Origin: an uncultured candidate division Zixibacteria bacterium
GTDB lineage: Bacteria > Zixibacteria > MSB-5A5 > RBG-16-43-9
NCBI GenBank assembly: GCA_963713865.1
Contig: OY970208.1
Span: forward strand, 2,496,001 to 2,560,000
Reading direction: 5' to 3'
DNA: 64,000 nt
Below, piece by piece: positions 31,191-40,686 of the stretch. The position numbers and the translations under genes were made by a program. The first letter of the stretch is position 1; the number at the start of each line of letters is the position of its first letter. The notes beneath the pieces are model-generated. The model had not been told where the DNA came from and made no database searches. It worked only from the letters and a program-made list of their open reading frames with translations.

Positions 31191-31745
31191 TCAAAAACTT
31201 AATAACTCAGTGTCAACTTTAATTATTGAATGGTCATTCAAAATATAATTTCTGGCACTAGAATATCGATAATCCTCAGGTTTCTCTACTAATCCTTCTT
31301 TGCCCGGATTATTATGGATATAGTCTATTTTAGTTCTTAATATCTTAGGACTATAGACACCTAAATCATCATATCCTAGTTGCCAGATTTGATATTCCCA
31401 ATTCTTTTTCTTGGGTTCTTCTAATCTAAATAATTTCAACCAATTTATTCTCTTGTCTTTCTCCATCTGCTCACGCAATTTCCTAGCTGTAAATATTTTA
31501 AAGTCTTCTATAATTTTAGAAATTTCTTTTACTCTTTCCTGGTCTGGATAAATCAACAAATGAATATGATCTGGCATAACTACGTAGGCAATCAGCTTAA
31601 AAGCATACTTTTCTCTATAAAAGCTAATATTCTCTAAAATTATATCAATATATTTTTTCTCTTTGAAAATCTTGACAAATTTATTAACGCTTGTTGTGAT
31701 AAAATAACTATTACCTTCGAAATATTTCCTGCCTCTTAAAGGCAT
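31191..31745 (-). mobile_element. REP-associated tyrosine transposase (RAYT/Y1 HUH) no. 1
   Basis: YFITT, YVVMPDHIHLL, WQLGYDD, YIHNNP..GLV..PEDYRYSS; flanked on both sides by palindromes. Confidence 0.9.
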
Positions 31746-31756
31746 ATAATTTCCAC

Positions 31757-31936
31757 CCGTTAGGTCAGGGGACCTAACGGTCACATGTAAAGTGTGCCTT
31801 CTTGTGTCCGCAAGGACCCCTGACCTTGCAGATAAAATTCTTACCGTCGGGTCAGGGGACCCGACGGGCACATTGAAACGGTCATGAAATCATAGTCACA
31901 GTATTACCGTGCCTACCAGATCCCCTAACCTGGCAG
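31757..31936. repeat. REP cluster upstream of RAYT 1
   Basis: Four palindromes of the GGTC-N4-GACC family in alternating types. Confidence 0.85.
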
Positions 31937-31942
31937 GAACTT

Positions 31943-33133
31943 CTATGCTTTTATTTTATGAGCAAACCTCTTTCCAAACTCAAAACATCTATTCAGTTCC
32001 TCTTCGGTTGGCACAAATTTAAAAGAAATCCCCGGCTCAAAGATTTCAACTTTCATCTCTTGAAGCATATTTTCTATATTTTTCACCGCGCCGCCTGACC
32101 AGCCAAAAGATCCAAAAGCTCCTCCAACTTTATTCTTGGGTTTCAGCCCTTTTAAGTTACCTAACAAAGTGAATACCTCTGGCAGCATATCGTTATCCAC
32201 AGTAGACGAACCCACTAATAGACCTTTTGCTTCCAAAATCTCTTTTATCACATCGCTTCTATCAGAAACCGAAAGTTTATAAATATCCGCTTCAACTTTT
32301 CCTTCTTTTATCCCTTCTGCTATAGCTCGGGCCATTTTCCCGGTAGAATCATACATCGAATCGAAAACGATTATTACCTTTTCTTTAGTTTCTCCTTTTC
32401 CCCATCTGAGGTAAGCATCTATTATTTTTTGTGGATTTTTTCTCCAGATCAGCCCATGGCTGGGACCAACCATTTTTATTTTCCAGCCTGATTTCTGTAT
32501 CTCCTCGATTTTCTTGACAGCTATAGAACCAAAAGGCATAAGGATATTAGCATAATATTTTTCTGCTTCATCCATAATCCTGCACTCTTCGATTTCATCA
32601 TCAAACCTCTCTGAAGATGCCAGATGCTGGCCAAAAGCATCATTAGGCAAAAGGAACTGATCTTCCTCGATATAGGTGAACATACTATCCGGCCAGTGAA
32701 GCATCGGCGCCTCAAGAAAACTCAGGCTCTTTTTGCCTAAACTTATTTTATCCCCGGTTTTGACTATCTGAAAATCCCAGTTGGTAAAATAATGTTTGAG
32801 CAACCCTTCTTTGCATCTGACATTACAAAACAATTTAGCGCCGGGTACAAGGCTCATTATTTTCGGGAGTGAACCAGAATGATCAGTTTCAACATGATTG
32901 GCGATAACATAATCGATTTTCTGCGGGTCAATAATCTGCCTTATTCTTTCAATCATTTCCTCTGCAAAAGGAGCATAAACAGTATCCACCAATGCGATTT
33001 TCTCATCTATAACCAGATAAGCATTATAAGTCGTCCCGTGATGAGTCGAAAAAGTGTGCCCGTGAAAATATCTGGTATCCCAGTCAATAGCACCAACCCA
33101 GAAAACACCTTCAGTTAATTTGACAGGTTTCAT
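31943..33133 (-). CDS. fprA: Flavodiiron protein (FprA/ROO-type)
   Basis: GTTYNAY, NHVETDHSG, LHWPDSM, NDAFGQH, flavodoxin FGSFGWSGGA. Confidence 0.93.
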   Translation of the reverse strand: MKPVKLTEGVFWVGAIDWDTRYFHGHTFSTHHGTTYNAYLVIDEKIALVDTVYAPFAEEMIERIRQIIDPQKIDYVIANHVETDHSGSLPKIMSLVPGAKLFCNVRCKEGLLKHYFTNWDFQIVKTGDKISLGKKSLSFLEAPMLHWPDSMFTYIEEDQFLLPNDAFGQHLASSERFDDEIEECRIMDEAEKYYANILMPFGSIAVKKIEEIQKSGWKIKMVGPSHGLIWRKNPQKIIDAYLRWGKGETKEKVIIVFDSMYDSTGKMARAIAEGIKEGKVEADIYKLSVSDRSDVIKEILEAKGLLVGSSTVDNDMLPEVFTLLGNLKGLKPKNKVGGAFGSFGWSGGAVKNIENMLQEMKVEIFEPGISFKFVPTEEELNRCFEFGKRFAHKIKA

Positions 33134-33307
33134 TTTTAATACCTCAGTCTTATCCAAGTTTGTTTTACGTAGCGCAACTAAGCATGTCCCGCTATCGGCG
33201 GGATCCGGTTCGCTTTGCGAGGCTAAAGCCTCGCACTACGATTTTCCCGTCGGGTCAGGGGACCCGACGGCACGTGGGTAAGGGCCGGCGCGCCGCACCC
33301 CTATAGA

Positions 33308-34633
33308 TCATAAAATCGGCAGATATTTATCTATCTCATACTGGCTCACGTGCACCCGGTAATCATCCCATTCCACTTTCTTGTTGGCAATAAGAGACTC
33401 GAAAATATGCTCACCTAAAGTCTCCTTGGCTAACTCACTTTTTTTAAATTCGCAGATAGCTTCTTCTAAGGTCCCGGGCAAACAACCAATTTTGTATTTT
33501 TCCCTTTCTTCCTCTGACATATGGAATATATCCTTTTCCACTGGAGGAAGAAGTTCTAATTTTTCCTCCATCCCCTTTAAGCCCGAAGCAAGCATCAGGG
33601 CAAAGACTAAATAAGGATTACAAGAAGGGTCAGCTGAGCGAAGCTCTAACCGGGTGGTTTTCTCTTTGCCTGGTTTATATTCGGGTATTCTTACTAAAGC
33701 TGAGCGATTGCGTGTCCCCCAGGAGATATAGACTGGCGCTTCATATCCTGGAACAAGCCTCTTATAAGAGTTAACCCATTGGCTTAGGACCAGAGTAATC
33801 TCCCTGATGTATTTAAAAATCCCGGCGATATAATGTTTGGCTAAAGGGGTCAGATGATACTTTTTCTCGTTTGGATCGAAGAAGATATTCCTTTCACCTT
33901 CAAATATAGACTGATGAGTATGCATCCCTGAACCGTTCTGTCCGAATAAGGGCTTAGGCATAAAGGTAGCATAATAACCATTCCTTAAAGCTAATTCCTT
34001 AACGGTTAGTCTGTAGAACATAACAAAATCAGCCATAATCAAAGCTTCCTGATACCTCAAATCGATCTCATGCTGTGAGGGCGCTACCTCGTGATGAGTG
34101 CATTCAACCTGGATACCCATTTTTTCAAGAGCTGTAGCAGCTGCTTTCCTCATACCCGTTCCTGGACTTACCGTGCTGTAGTCAAAATACCCACCCTCGT
34201 CAATTGGCTCAGGCTTATCCTTGGAGGGGAAATAGAAATACTCTATCTCCGGACCACAGTAGAAGGTCCAGCCTTTCTTTTTAATCTTATCTAAAATCCT
34301 TTTTAGAGCATAGCGACTATCCCCGGCAAAGGGGGAGCCGTCCGGATTCAAGACATCGCAGATCATCAAAGCCACTTTTTCATCGTTCACCGACCAGGGT
34401 AGTATCCTGAAGGTCTGAGGATCTGGCATCGCCACTAAATCGCTTTCCTCAATTCTCACGAACCCTTCCACTGAGGAGCCGTCAAAACCCTGCCCTTCTT
34501 CTAAGATCTCTTCCATCTCCCTTGGGGTAACAGACATCCCTTTTAGAGCCCCTAATATATCTGAAAACCAGAGCCGGATATAATTGATCTTATTCTCTTT
34601 TATTAACTCTAAAACTTCCTGTTTGGTCTTCAA
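33308..34633 (-). CDS. glnA: Glutamine synthetase family protein (GSI-alpha-like)
   Basis: FDGSS, HHEVAPSQHEI, FMPKP..GQNGSGMH, YKRLVPGYEAP; TTG start after AGGAGG. Confidence 0.92.
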   Translation of the reverse strand: MKTKQEVLELIKENKINYIRLWFSDILGALKGMSVTPREMEEILEEGQGFDGSSVEGFVRIEESDLVAMPDPQTFRILPWSVNDEKVALMICDVLNPDGSPFAGDSRYALKRILDKIKKKGWTFYCGPEIEYFYFPSKDKPEPIDEGGYFDYSTVSPGTGMRKAAATALEKMGIQVECTHHEVAPSQHEIDLRYQEALIMADFVMFYRLTVKELALRNGYYATFMPKPLFGQNGSGMHTHQSIFEGERNIFFDPNEKKYHLTPLAKHYIAGIFKYIREITLVLSQWVNSYKRLVPGYEAPVYISWGTRNRSALVRIPEYKPGKEKTTRLELRSADPSCNPYLVFALMLASGLKGMEEKLELLPPVEKDIFHMSEEEREKYKIGCLPGTLEEAICEFKKSELAKETLGEHIFESLIANKKVEWDDYRVHVSQYEIDKYLPIL

Positions 34634-34835
34634 TTTATTTTCCTCCTTCTTTGAAGATTGGAAATTAGTCATAGATTCAGCGGGCAAAGGTGTCCGCTCT
34701 ACGAAAGATGAAAGGGTCAGCATTCGTAGGCAGGGCTCCCAGCCCTGCAATACTTGTTTTTCTCAGAGTTCTTTCTGTCAGGTCAGCCAGAGCTGACCCT
34801 GCAAGAAAATCATCATAAGCTCTTCTCTCGTAAAT

Positions 34836-36272
34836 TTAAACGTCATAATATAAACTGATCTCATACGGATGAGGTCTGTTTCTTACCTCGTTATATTCAC
34901 GATTTAATTTATAATCTATCCAGGTTTCCAATAAGTCCTCGCTAAAAACTCCGGTAGAAAGGAGAAAATCGAAATCCTTGGTTAATGCATCTAATGCCTC
35001 TTTTAAAGAAGAAGGCAAATTTTTTATCCTGGCTTTTTCTTTTGATGAGAGAAGAAAGATATTCTTATCCATTGGACCAAAACCGGCTTTGGTCGGGTCG
35101 ATCATCTTTTTTATCCCATCCAGGCCCGCTAAAAGTTGAGCCACAACTGCTAAGTAAACATTACAGGAGGCATCTGCCGGACGAAACTCAATTCTCTTCT
35201 CCATCGGATCATTATAGGCATATTTTGGTATCCTGATTGCCGCACTTCGATTGGCCAAGGAGAAGAAAAGCTTGACTGGTGCTTCAAATCCCGGGACTAA
35301 TCTTTTATAGGAATTGGTACTGGGATTGGTGAAGGCTAAAAGAGCAGGTCCATGCGTCAAAAGTCCACCAATATAATACAGGGCTAACTTGCTTAATCCT
35401 CCATATCCGTTTTTATCGTAGAATAATGGCTTTCCTTTTTTAAAAAGATGCTGATGAAAATGCATCCCGTTTCCGGCTTCATTATACAAAGGCTTGGGCA
35501 TAAAGGTAACGGTGTGATTATGCCTTTTTGCTACCATTTTTATAAGATATTTAATCCACATACTTATATCGCCGATCCGGACGAGATCATCCAGTATAAT
35601 CTCTATCTCGGATTGTCCGGGTCCTCCCACCTCATGGTGATGGTACCTTATCTTTATCCCACTTTCTTCAATAAGCTTAACCATTTCAGAACGCACATTA
35701 AAAAGGTCATCTAAGGGAGGAATAGCCTCGTACCCACCATGCGGAGGAATTTTATGTCCCAAATTTTTGCCTACCATCAAGCCTGAGTTCCAGTCCGCCT
35801 CGTTGGAATCTATGATATAAGACGACATATTAATATCGTTCTTACAACTTACACTGTCGAATATATAAAACTCAAATTCCGGTCCCCATAAACTTTTATC
35901 CGCTATCCCGCTACTCAGAAGATACTTCTGCGCCTTTTGGACAATATACCTGGGTTCTCTGGGAAATAAAGTCATGTTATCAGCTTCAGCCGAACTGCAG
36001 ATAAAGCTCAAAGTTGGCACCTCCCAGAAAGGGTCAAGTTGAGCAGTGGAAATATCTGGAAGCAAGACCATATCTCCAGACTCTAAGGATTTGAAACCTG
36101 GAGTGCTGGAGCCGTCATAGGGAACTCCTGATGCAAACATCTTCCGATTCAACTGGCTTGCAGGCAAAGAGAGATGATGCCATTTACCAAAAAGGTCACC
36201 ATACTTCAAGTCAACCATCTCTATCTTTTCTTTCCTGGCAAAGGCTAAAACCTCTTTTATACTCTTAAACAA
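34836..36272 (-). CDS. glnA: Glutamine synthetase type I (GSI-beta-like, longer form)
   Basis: YDGSS, GPEFEFYIFD, HHHEVG, TFMPKP, YKRLVPGFEAP, RPHPYE..LYYDV; TTG start after AGGAGG. Confidence 0.93.
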   Translation of the reverse strand: MFKSIKEVLAFARKEKIEMVDLKYGDLFGKWHHLSLPASQLNRKMFASGVPYDGSSTPGFKSLESGDMVLLPDISTAQLDPFWEVPTLSFICSSAEADNMTLFPREPRYIVQKAQKYLLSSGIADKSLWGPEFEFYIFDSVSCKNDINMSSYIIDSNEADWNSGLMVGKNLGHKIPPHGGYEAIPPLDDLFNVRSEMVKLIEESGIKIRYHHHEVGGPGQSEIEIILDDLVRIGDISMWIKYLIKMVAKRHNHTVTFMPKPLYNEAGNGMHFHQHLFKKGKPLFYDKNGYGGLSKLALYYIGGLLTHGPALLAFTNPSTNSYKRLVPGFEAPVKLFFSLANRSAAIRIPKYAYNDPMEKRIEFRPADASCNVYLAVVAQLLAGLDGIKKMIDPTKAGFGPMDKNIFLLSSKEKARIKNLPSSLKEALDALTKDFDFLLSTGVFSEDLLETWIDYKLNREYNEVRNRPHPYEISLYYDV

Positions 36273-36470
36273 TTCAACCTCCTTAAAAACAAACATACTG
36301 AATAAACCAGTGCTTGACATCCGCCTTTGGCGGATTGACCTAGCTCACCTATGGGGAATCGGGTCGGGGGACCCGAAGGATACATCACCTCGTCTGTTTT
36401 CTTAAACAATTAACCTTTTAAAAATAAAAAAACTGAACTACTTTATTTATTAAGTTCAATTTAAATCAAT

Positions 36471-36499
36471 TATATAACATTAAAATTTTTAAAAGTCAA
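36471..36499 (-). promoter_or_regulatory. Sigma70-type promoter for the glnA pair
   Basis: TTGACT-17bp-TATATA with TGn extension. Confidence 0.55.
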
Positions 36500-36827
36500 G
36501 CAAATTAAAAAATGTTGTTATAGCAAGATTAAAATGTCCTGTCTTACCGATCCATTTCTCGGATTATCAGGCTTTAGCACGTACTCTGTGTCTTGAGATT
36601 GACAGGAGCTTTTTTTATTTTTGTTCATTATGTGCAAATTGTGGATTAATCTTATCCGCCTCAGGCGGACCGCCAGGGATGATCCGCTGGAGGTATCCAC
36701 GCCTTTTTAAGTGTAAATACGTATGGTTTTGTCGCTTCTTCCACCCTTTTAGGCCTAGTGATAATCTCTTTTCCTGTGGATCCAAATAATGATTTCATAT
36801 TACCATCCTTATATTTCTTATTCTATC

Positions 36828-37397
36828 TTATAATTTTTTTAAATCAATTTTTTTATTCTTTACGTTTTCTGGATTTTCGGAATCCAGTTCCCATTTAAGG
36901 AGGTTATTAACAATATATTCCCGAATCTGCTTTAAATCATCTTCGTTTCTGATTATATGCTCATAATAATTACGTTGCCAAACAGACAAACCGGGTGTTT
37001 GACGAATTTGATTGATTTGTTTGGTTGTTGCAGATTTGAACAATCGAACAATAGTGGGTATTGAATTTGATACGGGCTTCCCAAATTGTTCAATCGGAGG
37101 GGCACGTTGCAACGTGCCCCTACCATCATCCATGATCATAATTATACCATGTAAATGATTCGGCATTATAACAAATTCATCTATTATTAAATTTAAACGT
37201 ATTTCCGATGCTCTTAACCACTCTTTCCTGACGATAATACCATATTTATTTAACTTCATCTCGCCGTTTGAAATATTTCCAAATATACACTTCCAGCCAT
37301 AGGTACAAATAGTAATAAAATATCCTCCATTCTGTGAATAATCATATTCTTTTAACCGGATGGAACGCCGATGGTGTTCTTTTGAATTATCTTTCAT
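36828..37397 (-). mobile_element. RAYT-like Y1 HUH transposase no. 2 with an in-frame REP
   Basis: RRSIRLKEYDYSQ, YFITIC, MPNHLHGI, WQRNYYEHIIR, YIVNN; internal palindrome 37098-37123 encodes GRGTLQRAP. Confidence 0.9.
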
Positions 37398-37418
37398 TCT
37401 CCTTTTTAATCTATAAAC

Positions 37419-37958
37419 CTATTGTGCTTTCCTTATTAATCTGATAAACGTTCTTAAATAGACCGCAGTAGTGATCAAAATGACTACAATCCCCATTCCT
37501 AAAAATACCCTTTTAATAAAATCCAGCTCTAAGATATAGAACAAAATGGTAAAACTCCAGACGCAGGCATTAAGCTTACCCCAGAAGGCAGAGACCGGAA
37601 CGATTTTTCTTTTTCTGATCACCAATAATCCAGCCAAAAGATTCAGTATTTCTTTAGTGACAACCAGAACACAAGCCCATACTGGAAAACCTTTATATAT
37701 GGTGGTATAGAGGATAAAAATGCCGATCCCTAATTTGTCCACAAAGGGGTCTAAGATTTTACCTAAATCTGAAATCTGATTCAGGGTGCGGGCAAGGAAA
37801 CCATCTAAGACGTCTGTGATACCTGCAACTGCTATAAAAAAGACTGCGAGGAATAAATTGTCTTCTTTGAGAAAATAGAAGATAAAAGGGTAAGAAAAAA
37901 ATCTAATGAAGGTAAGCAGATTTGGAATTAAGAAAAAGTCAGTTTTTTTAATCTCCAT
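37419..37958 (-). CDS. CDP-alcohol phosphatidyltransferase (PgsA-like)
   Basis: PNLLTFIR, TDVLDGFLAR, GKILDPFVDK. Confidence 0.9.
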   Translation of the reverse strand: MEIKKTDFFLIPNLLTFIRFFSYPFIFYFLKEDNLFLAVFFIAVAGITDVLDGFLARTLNQISDLGKILDPFVDKLGIGIFILYTTIYKGFPVWACVLVVTKEILNLLAGLLVIRKRKIVPVSAFWGKLNACVWSFTILFYILELDFIKRVFLGMGIVVILITTAVYLRTFIRLIRKAQ

Positions 37959-38071
37959 TTAATTGATTTCTGTGGAGGTAACTTCGCTTTGATCACCCGC
38001 AATTGTAGGGGCGAGGTCCCCTCGCCCTCTGTGGAATGGGCGGGGAAACCCTGCCCCTACAAAAATATTTA

Positions 38072-39769
38072 TTACTCTTCAATCATCTCCGCCGCATGTT
38101 CCAGGGTCAAATCACTTATCCTTTTGCCTGACATCATCCGTGCGATCTCTTGTATCCTTTCATCTCTGGAAAGAAGCTTTATTTTAGTTATAGTCCTGTT
38201 CTTGGAAACCTCTTTATAAACCTTAAAATGATAATCTGCCTGGGAAGCGATCTGCTGAAGATGGGTTATACAGATGATCTGGTGATTTGAAGAAAGTGCC
38301 TTCATCCTTTTGCCCACAGCTTCAGCCATCTCCCCTCCAATCCCCACATCCACCTCATCGAAAATCATACTTGGTACCTGGTCTGACTTAGCTAAAACTG
38401 ATTTTAAAGCCAGCATAATCCTGGAGATCTCACCACCTGAAGCTATCTTGGCTAAGGGCTTTAACTCCTCACCCGGATTGGGTGAAACGTAAAACTCTAC
38501 CTGATCTAATCCTTTCTCATCCACATAATATTTCTTACCATTTAATTCCAGAAGACCATCCTCTGCTTCCCGGTAGAAAATCTTTGTTTCAAAATCACAC
38601 CTCTCCATCCCCAGAAAAGAAAGCTCTTTTTTAATCTTTTTGGCTAACTCAACCCCTTTTTCTTTTCTTTTACTTGAAAGGAGTAAGGCATCTTTCTTAA
38701 GTACCTGTTTTAAATCATTGATCTCCGTATCAGTTTTTTGAATCAGCTCATCCCGGTTTTCAATTTTATCCAGCTCATTTTTAATCCGGTCTGCATAATT
38801 TAAGATTTCTGAAACAGTTTGACCATATTTCTTTTTCAGGGTATTATTCAGGTTCAACCTCTCCCTTATCTTCTCCAATCTATCCGGCTCGAAGTTCAAA
38901 CTATCCTTATACCCTTGCAAAAATCTGGAGGTTTCATCTAACTGCAGGGCAGCAGAATTTAGGGCTTCGATATGCTCTTTTAACCTGAGGTCATACTCTC
39001 CCCCTTTTTCCAGCTCCTTTTTCAAGCAGGATAGTCTTTCTAAAATAGACCCATCCTTTTCATAAAGCTCCTGAAAGATTACAGATGTAATCTGGAAAAG
39101 AGTCTCTGAATTTTCTAAGATTATTTTCTGAGAGTAAAGCTCCTCCTCTTCTCCAGCTGAAAGATTAGCACTTAAAATCTCCTTGAGCTGAAATTGATAA
39201 AGCTCCTTTTTCTCTTTTGAAATTTTATCTATTTTTTTCAGCTCCTCTAAATCCTCTATTGTTTTCTTCAGTTTATAATAACTATCGCTGACCCTGTTCA
39301 GGAGGTCTTTAGCCTCCGCATAATTATCTAAATAGGTAAGATGTTCATCCGGATTCAAAAGAGACTGGTGTTCGTGCTGGCCGTGAAGGTCTGCTAACTG
39401 ATCGCCTAAAAGTTTGAGATTCGCCAGGGTAACTAAGCGGTCATTCAGAAAACATCTGCTTACCCCTTTACTGGAAAGCTCCCTGCGGATAATCAACTGG
39501 TTTTCCGGGTAAATTATATCAAGTCCAGATAAAAGTTTCTCAATCAGACCTTTTGGCTTGATCTCAAAAACCGCCTCAACTATGGCAGAGTCAGCCCCGC
39601 TGCGAATCATCTCTGAGGAAGCTCTTTCCCCTAAGGCTAAATTCAAAGCCCCGATGATGATCGATTTACCCGCTCCCGTAGCACCGGTCAGAACATTCAA
39701 CCCCTGAAAAAACTCAACCTCTAAATTCTCGACAATGGCAAAATTTTTAATTCGCAGATTTTTGAGCAT
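38072..39769 (-). CDS. recN: DNA repair protein RecN
   Basis: TGATGAGKS, HGQHEHQ, ASGGEISR, FDEVDVG, ITHLQQIA. Confidence 0.96.
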   Translation of the reverse strand: MLKNLRIKNFAIVENLEVEFFQGLNVLTGATGAGKSIIIGALNLALGERASSEMIRSGADSAIVEAVFEIKPKGLIEKLLSGLDIIYPENQLIIRRELSSKGVSRCFLNDRLVTLANLKLLGDQLADLHGQHEHQSLLNPDEHLTYLDNYAEAKDLLNRVSDSYYKLKKTIEDLEELKKIDKISKEKKELYQFQLKEILSANLSAGEEEELYSQKIILENSETLFQITSVIFQELYEKDGSILERLSCLKKELEKGGEYDLRLKEHIEALNSAALQLDETSRFLQGYKDSLNFEPDRLEKIRERLNLNNTLKKKYGQTVSEILNYADRIKNELDKIENRDELIQKTDTEINDLKQVLKKDALLLSSKRKEKGVELAKKIKKELSFLGMERCDFETKIFYREAEDGLLELNGKKYYVDEKGLDQVEFYVSPNPGEELKPLAKIASGGEISRIMLALKSVLAKSDQVPSMIFDEVDVGIGGEMAEAVGKRMKALSSNHQIICITHLQQIASQADYHFKVYKEVSKNRTITKIKLLSRDERIQEIARMMSGKRISDLTLEHAAEMIEE

Positions 39770-39809
39770 TTAAACCTTTGAGCCTTTAAACAAATGAATT
39801 ATTAAAATC

Positions 39810-40676
39810 TTATTTCCCCATTTTCGGTCTTGCTCCCCAGTGAAGCTTTGTTCTTAAAACCTCGTAAAAAGATCTGTGCTGAAATTTTATCAGGTTAATC
39901 CGATGTTTAGCTTTATGAACAAAGATAGTGCTGGGCGAGCTTAACTTAAGAGAGACCTGTCCATCCAGGGTTAACATCGCTTCTTTATGCTCCGATTCCA
40001 TCACTATTTTCAAAAAATCATTTCCGGAAAAAACCATCGGTCTTAAGGCTAAGGTAAACGGACAGATGGGAGATGCTATGATGGCATTTATCCTGGGATT
40101 GATGATTGGTCCATTAGCCGACATGGAGTATGCAGTTGAGCCAGTGGTCGTGGCTAAGATCAGGCCATCCGCAGAATAAGAACAAACGAATTCTTTATTG
40201 TCGTATAGATGAAGATGAATTAAACGTGCAACTTTTCCTTTATCTATCACAATATCGTTCAAGGCAAAAAGGTTTTTCTCATTTAGACCCACTACCTCTG
40301 TTTGCAAACACATCCTCTTATCTATAACATATTCTTTTTTCTTGACCCGATCTAAAGTCTTTTCGATCCTATCAGAGGTGATCTCAGTCAAAAAACCGAT
40401 GCTTCCTAAATTAATCCCTAAAATAGGATTCTCTTTACTCCCCACCGCACGAGCAGAGGAAAGCATAGTTCCATCTCCCCCTAATGAGACCATAATCTGT
40501 GAGTACTCAGGAAGTTTTTCAAGCGGGACAGCTTTTTCCTTATGCCCAACTAACTTTGATAATTCCGGAATTAAATAGAAATCGATCTTATTCTTTTGAG
40601 CCCAGCGGATTATTCGATTGACTGTTGATTTCACTTTTGGCTTTTTAACATTCGCTACAATCCCAATGCTTTTCAT
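39810..40676 (-). CDS. nadK: NAD kinase
   Basis: GGDGTML, GINLGSIGFL, ALND, TTGSTAYSMSANGP. Confidence 0.95.
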   Translation of the reverse strand: MKSIGIVANVKKPKVKSTVNRIIRWAQKNKIDFYLIPELSKLVGHKEKAVPLEKLPEYSQIMVSLGGDGTMLSSARAVGSKENPILGINLGSIGFLTEITSDRIEKTLDRVKKKEYVIDKRMCLQTEVVGLNEKNLFALNDIVIDKGKVARLIHLHLYDNKEFVCSYSADGLILATTTGSTAYSMSANGPIINPRINAIIASPICPFTLALRPMVFSGNDFLKIVMESEHKEAMLTLDGQVSLKLSSPSTIFVHKAKHRINLIKFQHRSFYEVLRTKLHWGARPKMGK

Positions 40677-40686
40677 CTTACTTCCT

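Noticed and set aside
31095-31936. Repeated 24-bp palindromes as a CRISPR array
   Set aside because: Irregular spacing, mixed types, dispersed copies and a flanked RAYT gene identify them as REPs
34634-34750. N-terminal extensions in the ORF track for glnA, dnaB, xseA, larC and RAYT 1/3
   Set aside because: They run through repeats; downstream starts fit the protein families better
36517-36540. TAGCAAGATTAAAAT resembles the start of an S. pyogenes tracrRNA
   Set aside because: Short AT-rich match; no cas genes or CRISPR array in the window
36630-36700. Possible fourth copy of the 37-nt in-frame element
   Set aside because: Only short, gapped similarity; not convincing by eye
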